Of a stretch of DNA of 46,121 bases, positions 9,528 to 17,113 are shown one piece after another. Each line of letters starts with the position of its first letter. The first letter of the stretch is position 1. The position numbers were made by a program, and so were the translations under genes. The notes beneath the pieces were generated by a model. The model did no database searches. It worked only from the letters and a program-made list of their open reading frames with translations, and had not been told where the DNA came from. This stretch comes from Candidatus Saccharibacteria bacterium CPR2 (GTDB lineage: Bacteria > Patescibacteriota > Saccharimonadia > Saccharimonadales > QWHN01). The DNA is taken from contig QWHN01000004.1 of assembly GCA_021404905.1 (NCBI GenBank), forward strand, positions 1-46,121, written 5' to 3'.

Positions 9528-10517
9528 TTACGGAGGATCGACCCGTCCACCAGGCGAACTGGTGGTCGGGGGCGCCGGAGGCGGCGCGTGGGTCGGGGGT
9601 GGGGACACAGTCCCACCAGCCCCCGGACCCGAGTCCGGGTTGGTGGGTGGTCCTGAAGACCCCCCTCCGCCGGATCCGCCTCCACCCGAAGGTGGAGGTG
9701 AGGGCGCGGGCGCCCGTCGGGGCTCCGGTCCAGTCTGGACCAGAACCTCCGGGGAGGCTTTGGTGTGATCCTTTCCGCCAGAAGGCGGAGAGGTGGTCAC
9801 TGTGGGGCCACCCGGAGGTGGGGGTGCCACTGTGGGAGGTGCCGCGGGGCGCGGAAGCACGAGTTGCGGGTTCCCACAACCGGCGCGGTGCGCCGTGGTT
9901 ACGTCTTCTGCAACCTCTGGCGGGATAATCCCGTCATCGGTGGCGTCGGGCGTCACCCTGACGCACTTGTCTGGATCGATGAAGATCCAGACAACATCAC
10001 CCTCCGCCGACTCTCGCGAGCCTGCCGGAACGGCTTCACCGCCTTTGTAGGCGGTGTTGCCGTCGAGAACCGACGGGACGAGGAGCTGTGCTGGAACCCA
10101 ATTGCTTGGGTCGAGCACGAGCTCTTGCCGGGCACCGGACTGCTCAAGCAGCGCGTTGAGCGCTGCTTGGGAGGTCTCGTCGTCAGCTTCAAGCTGAGCA
10201 ACGAGGTCTTCCGCAGTCCGGGCGGTTTCCGAGGCAAAAGAGGATTCACCTCTTTCGTTTGCCTCGGGGGACTCCCAGTTGATGTTGTCGTTGCCGACAA
10301 CGAACTGGGCGTCCGCAAACCCCTTCGCCCTCAACGCCGCCGAAGCGACTGCGATCTTGTCGCAGCCACCGCCGGCGGCGAGGACGTTGATCTCGGTAGC
10401 GCCTGCTGGTGCAGACGCCTGGGGGGTGCTCGGGCCCACGAGGAGGCCGAGCACGAGGAGGAAGGCAAGAACGATAGCTGAAGCTATCGTACCTCGCTTC
10501 CATGTGCCGATGCTCAT
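9528..10517 (-). CDS. GC-rich secreted protein with Pro/Gly/Thr-rich disordered C-terminus
   Basis: Signal/TM N-terminus (TIASAIVLAFLLVLGLLVG), perfect AGGAGGT RBS, Cys-containing core, PPPP/GGGG tail. Confidence 0.7.
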   Translation of the reverse strand: MSIGTWKRGTIASAIVLAFLLVLGLLVGPSTPQASAPAGATEINVLAAGGGCDKIAVASAALRAKGFADAQFVVGNDNINWESPEANERGESSFASETARTAEDLVAQLEADDETSQAALNALLEQSGARQELVLDPSNWVPAQLLVPSVLDGNTAYKGGEAVPAGSRESAEGDVVWIFIDPDKCVRVTPDATDDGIIPPEVAEDVTTAHRAGCGNPQLVLPRPAAPPTVAPPPPGGPTVTTSPPSGGKDHTKASPEVLVQTGPEPRRAPAPSPPPSGGGGSGGGGSSGPPTNPDSGPGAGGTVSPPPTHAPPPAPPTTSSPGGRVDPP

Positions 10518-10592
10518 GTGTAAACACCTCCTGTGGTGTCTTGAGCACTCCCCTTAATATTTTTGGAGTCCCAAGGGCGGATGGACTCTTGT

Positions 10593-10635
10593 GGGTGCGG
10601 TGGAATTGAACCACCCGTGGCTGCCTAGCACACCC
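10593..10635 (-). ncRNA. tRNA-like mini-element (acceptor stem + T-arm, no D or anticodon arm)
   Basis: Minus strand GGGTGT-gctaggcagccacg-GGTGG-TTCAATT-CCACC-GCACCC-ACA: 5-bp T-stem with canonical TTCRANT loop and a 6-bp acceptor-like stem. Confidence 0.4.
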
Positions 10636-10682
10636 TGATAGTTTTTATTTACATGAGGATATCAGCCTCATGTTCCTCGGTT

Positions 10683-11318
10683 TTAGGCCTGTCGGCGTCG
10701 CTCGATGAGCGCTCCGATCAGTCCGCCACCGAAGAATCCGACACCGCTCACAGCGAGGTACCACCCGAAGGTGAACCAGCCGTGACCGGCACCAGAAAGG
10801 TCATCTAGCCCGGCTGTGGCGGAAGCCACGACCAGGCCGACAATCAACCCAGCGAACGCCAGCAGCCACTGGAGCATGCTCCAGTGGCGCACGTCTATGA
10901 CGTGCGGGGTGACAGGGACGACCACATGGGTGGCGTCCTCCTCGCCGTCGTCGTCCGGCTCCTCGGGAGGATTCTCATCCTCCTCGCCGTTCCACCCAGT
11001 GGGTGGAGTTAGCGGTGCCGGTTCCGGTTCGGGCTCGGGAGGAGCGAGTGGCTCCTCCTCGGGTTCCTTGACATCGTCGAGAAGACGCGCAGCGCGCCTC
11101 TCGATTTCGTCAAGTTGGGCATCTTCCTCGTCCAGCTGCGCGCGCTTGTCGCGCGAACGCTGGATCGAGGCCGCCGCCCCGATAGCGAGATTGCGCTCGT
11201 GACGCACTCGCCCGTCCTGCTCCTTGCGGAGCTTGCCACGCCGCGCAGCCGCAGCTGCGCCGGCGCGCCCGAGAAGCTCTTCGAGCTCCTCGAGGCCGGG
11301 GATGTTTTCAGTTGACAT
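10683..11318 (-). CDS. GC-rich membrane protein (N-terminal coiled coil, acidic Pro-rich linker, two C-terminal TM helices)
   Basis: 211 aa; GGAGG RBS; WLLAFAGLIVGLVVA and WYLAVSGVGFFGGGLIGALI helices. Confidence 0.7.
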   Translation of the reverse strand: MSTENIPGLEELEELLGRAGAAAAARRGKLRKEQDGRVRHERNLAIGAAASIQRSRDKRAQLDEEDAQLDEIERRAARLLDDVKEPEEEPLAPPEPEPEPAPLTPPTGWNGEEDENPPEEPDDDGEEDATHVVVPVTPHVIDVRHWSMLQWLLAFAGLIVGLVVASATAGLDDLSGAGHGWFTFGWYLAVSGVGFFGGGLIGALIERRRQA

Positions 11319-11629
11319 TTTTCCTCCTCCCCTGGCTGGGGAAGTCGGTCGGCTTTCGGCCGATCTGCTAGGCGTGGTTGCCTAATCGGTTTCACCCGAC
11401 TCTTCAAACCCCTTTTGGGTCTTCAGAACAGCACGCTATTATCGAAATCTATCAATAACAAAGTGCCGTTCTGAAATGGAGAAAAAAATTGCGTTAGGTG
11501 TTGATCCCACTTCGCTCATGCGAGCTACGCGGGACTGCGTCCTATTTCACTTAAAGCAACATAGGACTAGAAGTAGTTTCATTTTTTGCGTCTTTCCGCA
11601 TGAACCTTCATGGTGATATACTTTTGTAT

Positions 11630-11947
11630 ATGAGTGCGAACCAAACTGTTACTAAAAAAGATATTGAAGAGCTAAGAGAGTTGATTATAGAAAATGCAAC
11701 TGATCTTGGAGAAAGTATAAATTCACTAGCAACCTCAGTTAGCAAGCGGTTTGACCAAGTTGATCAGCGGATTGATGAAGTTTATGGTGAGCTGAAAACA
11801 GATTTTCGCAAGCTCCAGTCGGCGGTTGACCATCTCACCGGAGAAGTTGCAGACTTTCGGATTGAAATGACTTCGTTCATGAGCCAGCTTAATCGAATGG
11901 ATGAGCAAATACACTCCTTGGCGGTGCAAACCGGGTCTTCCTTATGA
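11630..11947 (+). CDS. Small coiled-coil protein, paralogue of 15779-16243
   Basis: TVTKKDIEEL start and QLNRMDEQIHSLA.. GSSL end mirror TITKQDLKDL and QLDRLDRWVHELA..GYKL. Start set at the ATG at 11630. Confidence 0.65.
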   Translation: MSANQTVTKKDIEELRELIIENATDLGESINSLATSVSKRFDQVDQRIDEVYGELKTDFRKLQSAVDHLTGEVADFRIEMTSFMSQLNRMDEQIHSLAVQTGSSL

Positions 11948-12213
11948 ACAGCATTTATGAGGAGATATTGGCAAAGGATCCTGTGCTTGCAAAGAAAGTT
12001 GCCGAACGTCAAAAAACGTATAAAAACGTCGACGATATGATCGCTCGAGGGGTGACTATGCAAAAGAAATATCATGTTCACAAACGTTTCAGCAAAGAGA
12101 TGGACTATGCCATAGCCCGTCTCAGACGCATAAAGCACGATATCCGGAAGATTGCCAACCATACCGGGAAATCGTATCGGGAGATTGAGCGGTTGGTGAT
12201 GAAAACAGATTAG
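11944..12213 (+). CDS. Small basic hypothetical protein, possible C-terminal HTH-like segment
   Basis: 89 aa; ATGA overlap with the upstream gene; DIRKIANHTGKSYREIERL is helix-turn-helix-like. Confidence 0.5.
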   Translation: MNSIYEEILAKDPVLAKKVAERQKTYKNVDDMIARGVTMQKKYHVHKRFSKEMDYAIARLRRIKHDIRKIANHTGKSYREIERLVMKTD

Positions 12214-12772
12214 CGAGTTTTATTTCCTAAGTTGTACAGCTTCCGCAGACAGGGACTCCAAAAGCCTTGAAGATTCGTGCGGAAAGACGCTTAAATTTCT
12301 GCTCTGCTTTATTCGTCATAGCAATGAACCATAACCTAGAAGAGCAGCGTGGAATTCGCGAGTATGTTTTTGCGGCAAAATATACTCACAAACTCCAGGC
12401 TGCCCTCTATAAAACATAGAGCAGAAGACCTACAAATTTTCACTTGAGCTCAGTTTGGATTTTCTTCTTGAGAAGTGCAAAGAAGTCCCGATGTAACGTC
12501 GGGACGACTGCGCCTCACAGAGAAAAAATTCAAAATGTGTCAAGAACACCAGAAGTGTAGTTGGCTGTGCCAGCTGGCAGTCTAGTGTGGTGAAAGTTTG
12601 TAGAGAAATGAACTGTAATGATGTGGTTTGTTGTTAACGTACCCTACGTTTAATTGCGGGCTTATAGTTTGGGCTTTTAGAAATAAAAAATCCCTCAAAA
12701 CTCTCAGCAAAAAACTGAAAGCCTGTAAGGGTTTGATTGTCTAAGGGCCCAGAGCCGCTATTACTACGGGCA

Positions 12773-12802
12773 AAAGAAAAGGGCTAATTATTAGTCAGCC
12801 CC
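12773..12802 (-). terminator. Intrinsic terminator (minus strand)
   Basis: Minus strand GGGCTGA-ctaataa-TTAGCCC followed by TTTTCTTTT. Confidence 0.65.
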
Positions 12803-13113
12803 ACCTCACTCGCCGCAAAAACGATGACCCTCTATTCTTATCATTTTTTAACGCTAATGTCAATACTCAAAAAATAATCACAAGAAAAACACAAGCGTGC
12901 AAATTTAGCAAAATGCGAATTAGCATATTCGTAAATACACAGATTCAAGTGTATTTGCGAAGAAACTAATTTGTTTAAGCCAGGCGGATGAGGGTAAATG
13001 AGCAATCGTGCTCCCCTTTGACTAAACAAACTATGTATGTAAAAGCGCCGCAAGCAGGCGACTCCCAAATCAGATGCGTGTTATGGCATCAGCTCAGGAG
13101 CCGCCTGCGCGAC

Positions 13114-13836
13114 TTACTCTACTCGAAGAAGCATGAGCCGGAAGAACCGGTTGTACTTGCGGTGCCCCGCGTACGGACCAGACTCTTCCAGGTCATCTGT
13201 ACCGCAGGTGACGATCCACATGCCCTGATGAGCACGCAGCACGTCTAGTGGCACGTCATTTTTTGGCACCATACAGTTGACGTCGCCAATCGCACACTCG
13301 GCGATGACATACACCAAGCGGTGCCCCAGTTCATCAACGATGACAACTGTTTCTCCCACGGGGAGATCGTCATCAATTGTTGATCGGTTGTTGCCCAAAA
13401 CAGCGCCCAGAGTGTTGGTTACATGTCCTGCTAGTAGCGAGACAATACCGTTCCCCGGGGCGCTGAATCCGGCGTATTCGAACCAGGTGATCTTCCCCTT
13501 TGGAGGAGAAAGTATAAACTGGCCGGGTTGTTGACCTGGCACCGGAGCTTGAGGTTCCAGGGGCTCGTCAATCCCCAGAGCGGGGATTTGGATGCGCACT
13601 GGCTGCCCTATCACAATCGGCGGGGCCGTAGTGGCAGGCGCAACAGGCGCGCTGGTCGCGGTAGGCGGCGGCTGAGCAGGCATTTCAATGGACGGCTTGC
13701 TCGGTCTGTCTGAAGTCCTGTATTCAGTGCCGTCTACCCAAGGTCTTGGCCGGCTGACGATGATAATGCACGCGACCGCTCCGACGAGGAGCAGAAAATG
13801 CCACCATCGCCTTAGGAATTGAGCAGCCGCAGACAT
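13114..13836 (-). CDS. Sortase, class F-like
   Basis: N-terminal TM; PVRIQIPALGID; catalytic-type LAGHV, IVTCG and RKYNR (His/Cys/Arg). Confidence 0.85.
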   Translation of the reverse strand: MSAAAQFLRRWWHFLLLVGAVACIIIVSRPRPWVDGTEYRTSDRPSKPSIEMPAQPPPTATSAPVAPATTAPPIVIGQPVRIQIPALGIDEPLEPQAPVPGQQPGQFILSPPKGKITWFEYAGFSAPGNGIVSLLAGHVTNTLGAVLGNNRSTIDDDLPVGETVVIVDELGHRLVYVIAECAIGDVNCMVPKNDVPLDVLRAHQGMWIVTCGTDDLEESGPYAGHRKYNRFFRLMLLRVE

Positions 13837-13837
13837 A

Positions 13838-15043
13838 TTAGCTCAGCCAGTGTACTACTCTGACCGGCATGAGTCGTCTCAGCCACGATTCGCGCATGAA
13901 CGCGAATATGGCGAAGACGAGCGCTAGCATCAAGAGGACGAACCTCTCGATATTCCAGCCAGTTTCACTTGGGAGGTCTGTCTCAAAGCGGACGGATTCT
14001 CCGTTGGAAACTGGTTGCACTGTTGGTGCTGGTGTCGCAACTGGTGTCGTTGTTGGCGGAGGAGTAGGCCCTGGTGGTGACGTTGGTGGTGGCTCGGGCG
14101 GTCCCGTGGTTGGGACTGGGATGATGCCACAGTCCTTTGGACCATGAACCATTGCAGAGTCCACTGTCTCGCCGAGGTATGGATCCTCTGGGTCGACGAC
14201 GATCAGAAAGACCTCGAGGCTCTCACCCTCGCCAACCTGCACCGTGAATGGGTAGCTCGAGTTCGGCTGGGCATTGTCGACGAAAGCAACGTCATTGTTG
14301 TTTTCGTCTATGACCAAGAGGTCATGCACAGAGCCGTTGCCGGTGATGATCGTGCCCTTGACAGTACCATCCTTGCAGCTAGGCGAGAACGAACTGCCGA
14401 AATGAGCTTCGAGATTGCTTGGCGGTGGTAGAGTTGTTGTCGTAGTTGTAGTCGAGGGTGGCGTACAGATACGCTGCCCCGATCCACTGGTATTCCCGCC
14501 ACTGAAAGCTGTGAGTTGCACCCACACACTTTCACCGCACTCGAGAGCACCTGTTTCCAGAGTATATGTTGCCCCTGGGCCCAGATACAACTGAGCATGA
14601 GTCAGCCCGTTCACCGATAGGATGAATCCTTCGGTATTGGAGCTTGTGTTTGTTACCTTGATGACAACTTTAGGGTTGTTGTCATCAGCGTTGCTCACGT
14701 CGAGATCGAACGGAAAACCGCTCGACGACTCTTCTGCTGGTGCTGCTTGAGGGGCCGTCGTTGGCTCCTCTGCAACCGGTTCAGGAGGAGGTGGAACGGT
14801 AGGCACGTCTTCGGCGCCGTCGCTGTTTTCAGCTTCATCAGTTGTCTCGCTAGCTTCCTCCTCTGGGAGGGGGTCGGGTTCTACGGTTGTGGTCGTGGTG
14901 GAGTCGACCTCTGGGGTCGTCTCCACGACTTCCACGTTGTCGGGTGCAGCGGTAGTTGTTGTGCTTTCTTGAGCACTGGCTCGAACGCCCAAAAAGGCGA
15001 AGAGCAGGCTCAGCACCACGCAGACGACTCGGAATTTTCGCAC
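13838..15043 (-). CDS. Secreted Thr/Pro/Glu-rich surface protein, probable substrate of the adjacent sortase
   Basis: Signal peptide ..VRASA|QE; C-terminal LPSETG + hydrophobic helix + RR tail; stop codon 1 nt from the sortase ATG; AAGGAG RBS before the GTG. Confidence 0.8.
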   Translation of the reverse strand: MRKFRVVCVVLSLLFAFLGVRASAQESTTTTAAPDNVEVVETTPEVDSTTTTTVEPDPLPEEEASETTDEAENSDGAEDVPTVPPPPEPVAEEPTTAPQAAPAEESSSGFPFDLDVSNADDNNPKVVIKVTNTSSNTEGFILSVNGLTHAQLYLGPGATYTLETGALECGESVWVQLTAFSGGNTSGSGQRICTPPSTTTTTTTLPPPSNLEAHFGSSFSPSCKDGTVKGTIITGNGSVHDLLVIDENNNDVAFVDNAQPNSSYPFTVQVGEGESLEVFLIVVDPEDPYLGETVDSAMVHGPKDCGIIPVPTTGPPEPPPTSPPGPTPPPTTTPVATPAPTVQPVSNGESVRFETDLPSETGWNIERFVLLMLALVFAIFAFMRESWLRRLMPVRVVHWLS

Positions 15044-15384
15044 ATTCTCTCCTTGTCCTCAATCGCTCTCCTGCGATTACCTTTACTGCAAATCCTTTGC
15101 AGCAACCTCTCACTGTTGAGGGGTAATGGGCTCCAGATTGTTCTGGCTCCTATTGCCCCTCAACAACGTATACATAATTTGTCTTCCACCTGGCTTGTTA
15201 AGGTTCTACTGTGCTCAAAACATGATCACAGACTATCCCGATAGGAAGCCCCATCTGGCCAAAGGATAATATTTCAATAAAATGAAGAGAAGTCAAGAAT
15301 ATGTTCAAACAAATGAACAGTAACGGTAAGCCACAAAGGAAATGGCACACCTTGCAAATAACGTTAAAATCTGTCTGGTTTTTC

Positions 15385-15693
15385 TCATTCGCAGGTGTTG
15401 AGCAAAACAATTTCATCGCCAGGTTGCATTAAACCTGGGTCTTCAATATCATTCAATTCTCTTAAATAAAACACTGCTTCATCTGTAGACATTTTTTGGC
15501 AATGCTCTCGCGCAACTCCCCACAAAGTGTCTCCGCGCTCTACGGTTACAGAGGAGTCACCAAGCTTGGGTTCGTTGTTGGCTTTGTTTAGTCCAATTGC
15601 TCCCAAAACAGCAACTCCCGCTAGAGTTGCCGCGACAACAGCCCGTCTGAACGGGTAGTTTGGAGCTTTCTCAGCATTCAAAACATGGTTCAT
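15385..15693 (-). CDS. Single-TM LysM-domain protein (YneA/ChiZ-like architecture)
   Basis: TM helix RRAVVAATLAGVAVLGAIGL then LysM VTVERGDTLWGVA...LRELNDI..PGDEI. Start trimmed to the ATG at 15693. Confidence 0.8.
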   Translation of the reverse strand: MNHVLNAEKAPNYPFRRAVVAATLAGVAVLGAIGLNKANNEPKLGDSSVTVERGDTLWGVAREHCQKMSTDEAVFYLRELNDIEDPGLMQPGDEIVLLNTCE

Positions 15694-15778
15694 AAAAAAA
15701 CACCCTAAATTAAGTGATGCCATAAAATACCATGAGCATGATAAAATGTCAATAATATTGTGGCTCTTTACTGAATTA

Positions 15779-16243
15779 CTAAGTAGAAAGCTTATAGCCG
15801 ATTTTTTCGGCCAATTCGTGCACCCATCTATCCAGACGATCCAGCTGATGTCCAATAACCATTCGTTCATCACTATCAATTTCTGACTGTTTTTCTATTG
15901 CGTCGAGATGGTTAAGAATTTTTCGAATGTCTTCTCTGTTTCTGCTAAGTTCTGTTTTTATATCTAAAAATTGTTCGTGTGCGTCTTGAGCTAAAGTTTT
16001 TACTATTCCAAGTACGTCATCAATATTTTCGTGCATTTCTTTTCGTAAATCTTTCATCTCGCCACGCAATCCAGCTTGCATCTCTTTCATCTCGCCACGC
16101 AATCCAGCTTGCATCTCTTTCATCTCGCCACGCAATCCTTTAATCTCACCATGAATATTTTTCTGGAAACCTTGAATATGCGTAGAAAAACTATCTTGTA
16201 AGTCTTTCAAGTCTTGTTTTGTTATCGTGTCGGCCTTACCCAT
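15779..16243 (-). CDS. Coiled-coil protein with 11-aa tandem repeats
   Basis: GLRGEMKEMQA x2.7; termini similar to 11630-11947. Confidence 0.75.
   Translation of the reverse strand: MGKADTITKQDLKDLQDSFSTHIQGFQKNIHGEIKGLRGEMKEMQAGLRGEMKEMQAGLRGEMKDLRKEMHENIDDVLGIVKTLAQDAHEQFLDIKTELSRNREDIRKILNHLDAIEKQSEIDSDERMVIGHQLDRLDRWVHELAEKIGYKLST
16050..16138. repeat. Perfect 33-bp tandem repeat, 2.7 copies (coding)
   Basis: TCTTTCATCTCGCCACGCAATCCAGCTTGCATC at 16050 and 16083, partial copy at 16116. Confidence 0.9.
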
Positions 16244-16369
16244 AAAAAAATTATAACACGCACTTATTCACAGTTTTACATAGACAATAATTATAAAAAC
16301 TTGAAGCTTAAGCTTGTGTTTGTAATTTAAATGCCGGAAAATACTGCTAAGCGAAATGGAGGGTAATGG

Positions 16370-17065
16370 GTGAGTAAAAAACCTCAATCTCATGGTTTTT
16401 CTTTAGTGGTGGTGCTGGTTACGGTAGCTGTTATTGCGGCTGCAGGCTCTGGTGGGTGGTATGTTTGGCAAAAAAATAAAAATAGTGAATCAACGGATAA
16501 TGAAGCTGTTAGCTCTATTCAGAATGATAAGGTCACGTCAGAATCCGAGGAACAAACAAAAACGTTTCTCTTTCTCGATGGGAAAATTAGTTTCCCTGAC
16601 GACGGCACATGGCAAGTAGCTACAGGTGGTTATTGGAGCAAGGAAAGTCAGCGCTGCGGACGAGGAACAGATCCGGATCCAGGGTGTCTTGACCATAAAA
16701 TGCTAATACCTTCAACTGAAACGTTTACCAACCCTGATCAATATCAGATCAACATAGCAGTTTTTGAAAGAGAGGGAGTGGCGCCTGAGAATTGGAGTTT
16801 AACCTCTGAAGGGATAAAAAAGAATGGGGAACAGATTAAAATAGGAAACCTTAATGGATATCGCACGGAAGAGAACTACAGTGAGACTGGAGGCTCAAAA
16901 GACGAAATACGAGTAACTTATGCAATTGCATGGGAAGACAAAATGATAGTGGTAAATTCCACATTCTTCAATGGTAACTATGCAAGCTTTAAGTCGAATA
17001 CGAACTACAATATTTACATACCTAAACTCGATTCACTTGTAAAGGGATTAGTCGTTAACGAGTGA
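16370..17065 (+). CDS. Membrane-anchored extracellular protein with prepilin-like N-terminus
   Basis: QSHG|FSLVVVLVTVAVIAAAGSGGWYVW resembles a type IV prepilin leader but lacks Glu5. Confidence 0.65.
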   Translation: MSKKPQSHGFSLVVVLVTVAVIAAAGSGGWYVWQKNKNSESTDNEAVSSIQNDKVTSESEEQTKTFLFLDGKISFPDDGTWQVATGGYWSKESQRCGRGTDPDPGCLDHKMLIPSTETFTNPDQYQINIAVFEREGVAPENWSLTSEGIKKNGEQIKIGNLNGYRTEENYSETGGSKDEIRVTYAIAWEDKMIVVNSTFFNGNYASFKSNTNYNIYIPKLDSLVKGLVVNE

Positions 17066-17113
17066 TGTTTAATAATTTTAATTTAATAGCGGGTGGGGTA
17101 AAAAGGAGTTCCA

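Larger units (their letters stand above)
11588..12290. repeat. 23-bp inverted repeats (11588-11610, 12268-12290) bounding a two-gene module
   Basis: GCGTCTTTCCGCATGAACCTTCA vs reverse complement of the right copy GCGTCTTTCCGCACGAATCTTCA: 21/23 identical. Confidence 0.7.

Noticed and set aside
9769-9792. CCGCC-agaa-GGCGG hairpin inside the 329-aa gene as an inserted REP
   Set aside because: Short, in frame (SPPSGGK) and in GC-rich sequence; chance cannot be excluded.
9373-10614. Several long overlapping plus-strand and alternative-frame ORFs (e.g. 9377-9928, 9765-10481)
   Set aside because: Shadow ORFs caused by high GC; the minus-strand 329-aa ORF has the RBS and signal peptide.
12690-12770. 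Resemblance to a c-di-GMP-I riboswitch (AAAGCC..GTCTAAGG)
   Set aside because: Lacks the GGCAAAC/GNRA P2 and GACGCAAAG core; spacing is wrong and there is no downstream plus-strand gene.
12988-13248. 86-aa plus-strand ORF
   Set aside because: Overlaps the sortase 3' end in antisense; no RBS or motif.
16050-16138. 33-bp direct repeats as a possible CRISPR array
   Set aside because: Head-to-tail with no spacers, in frame within a coding gene; no cas genes in the window.
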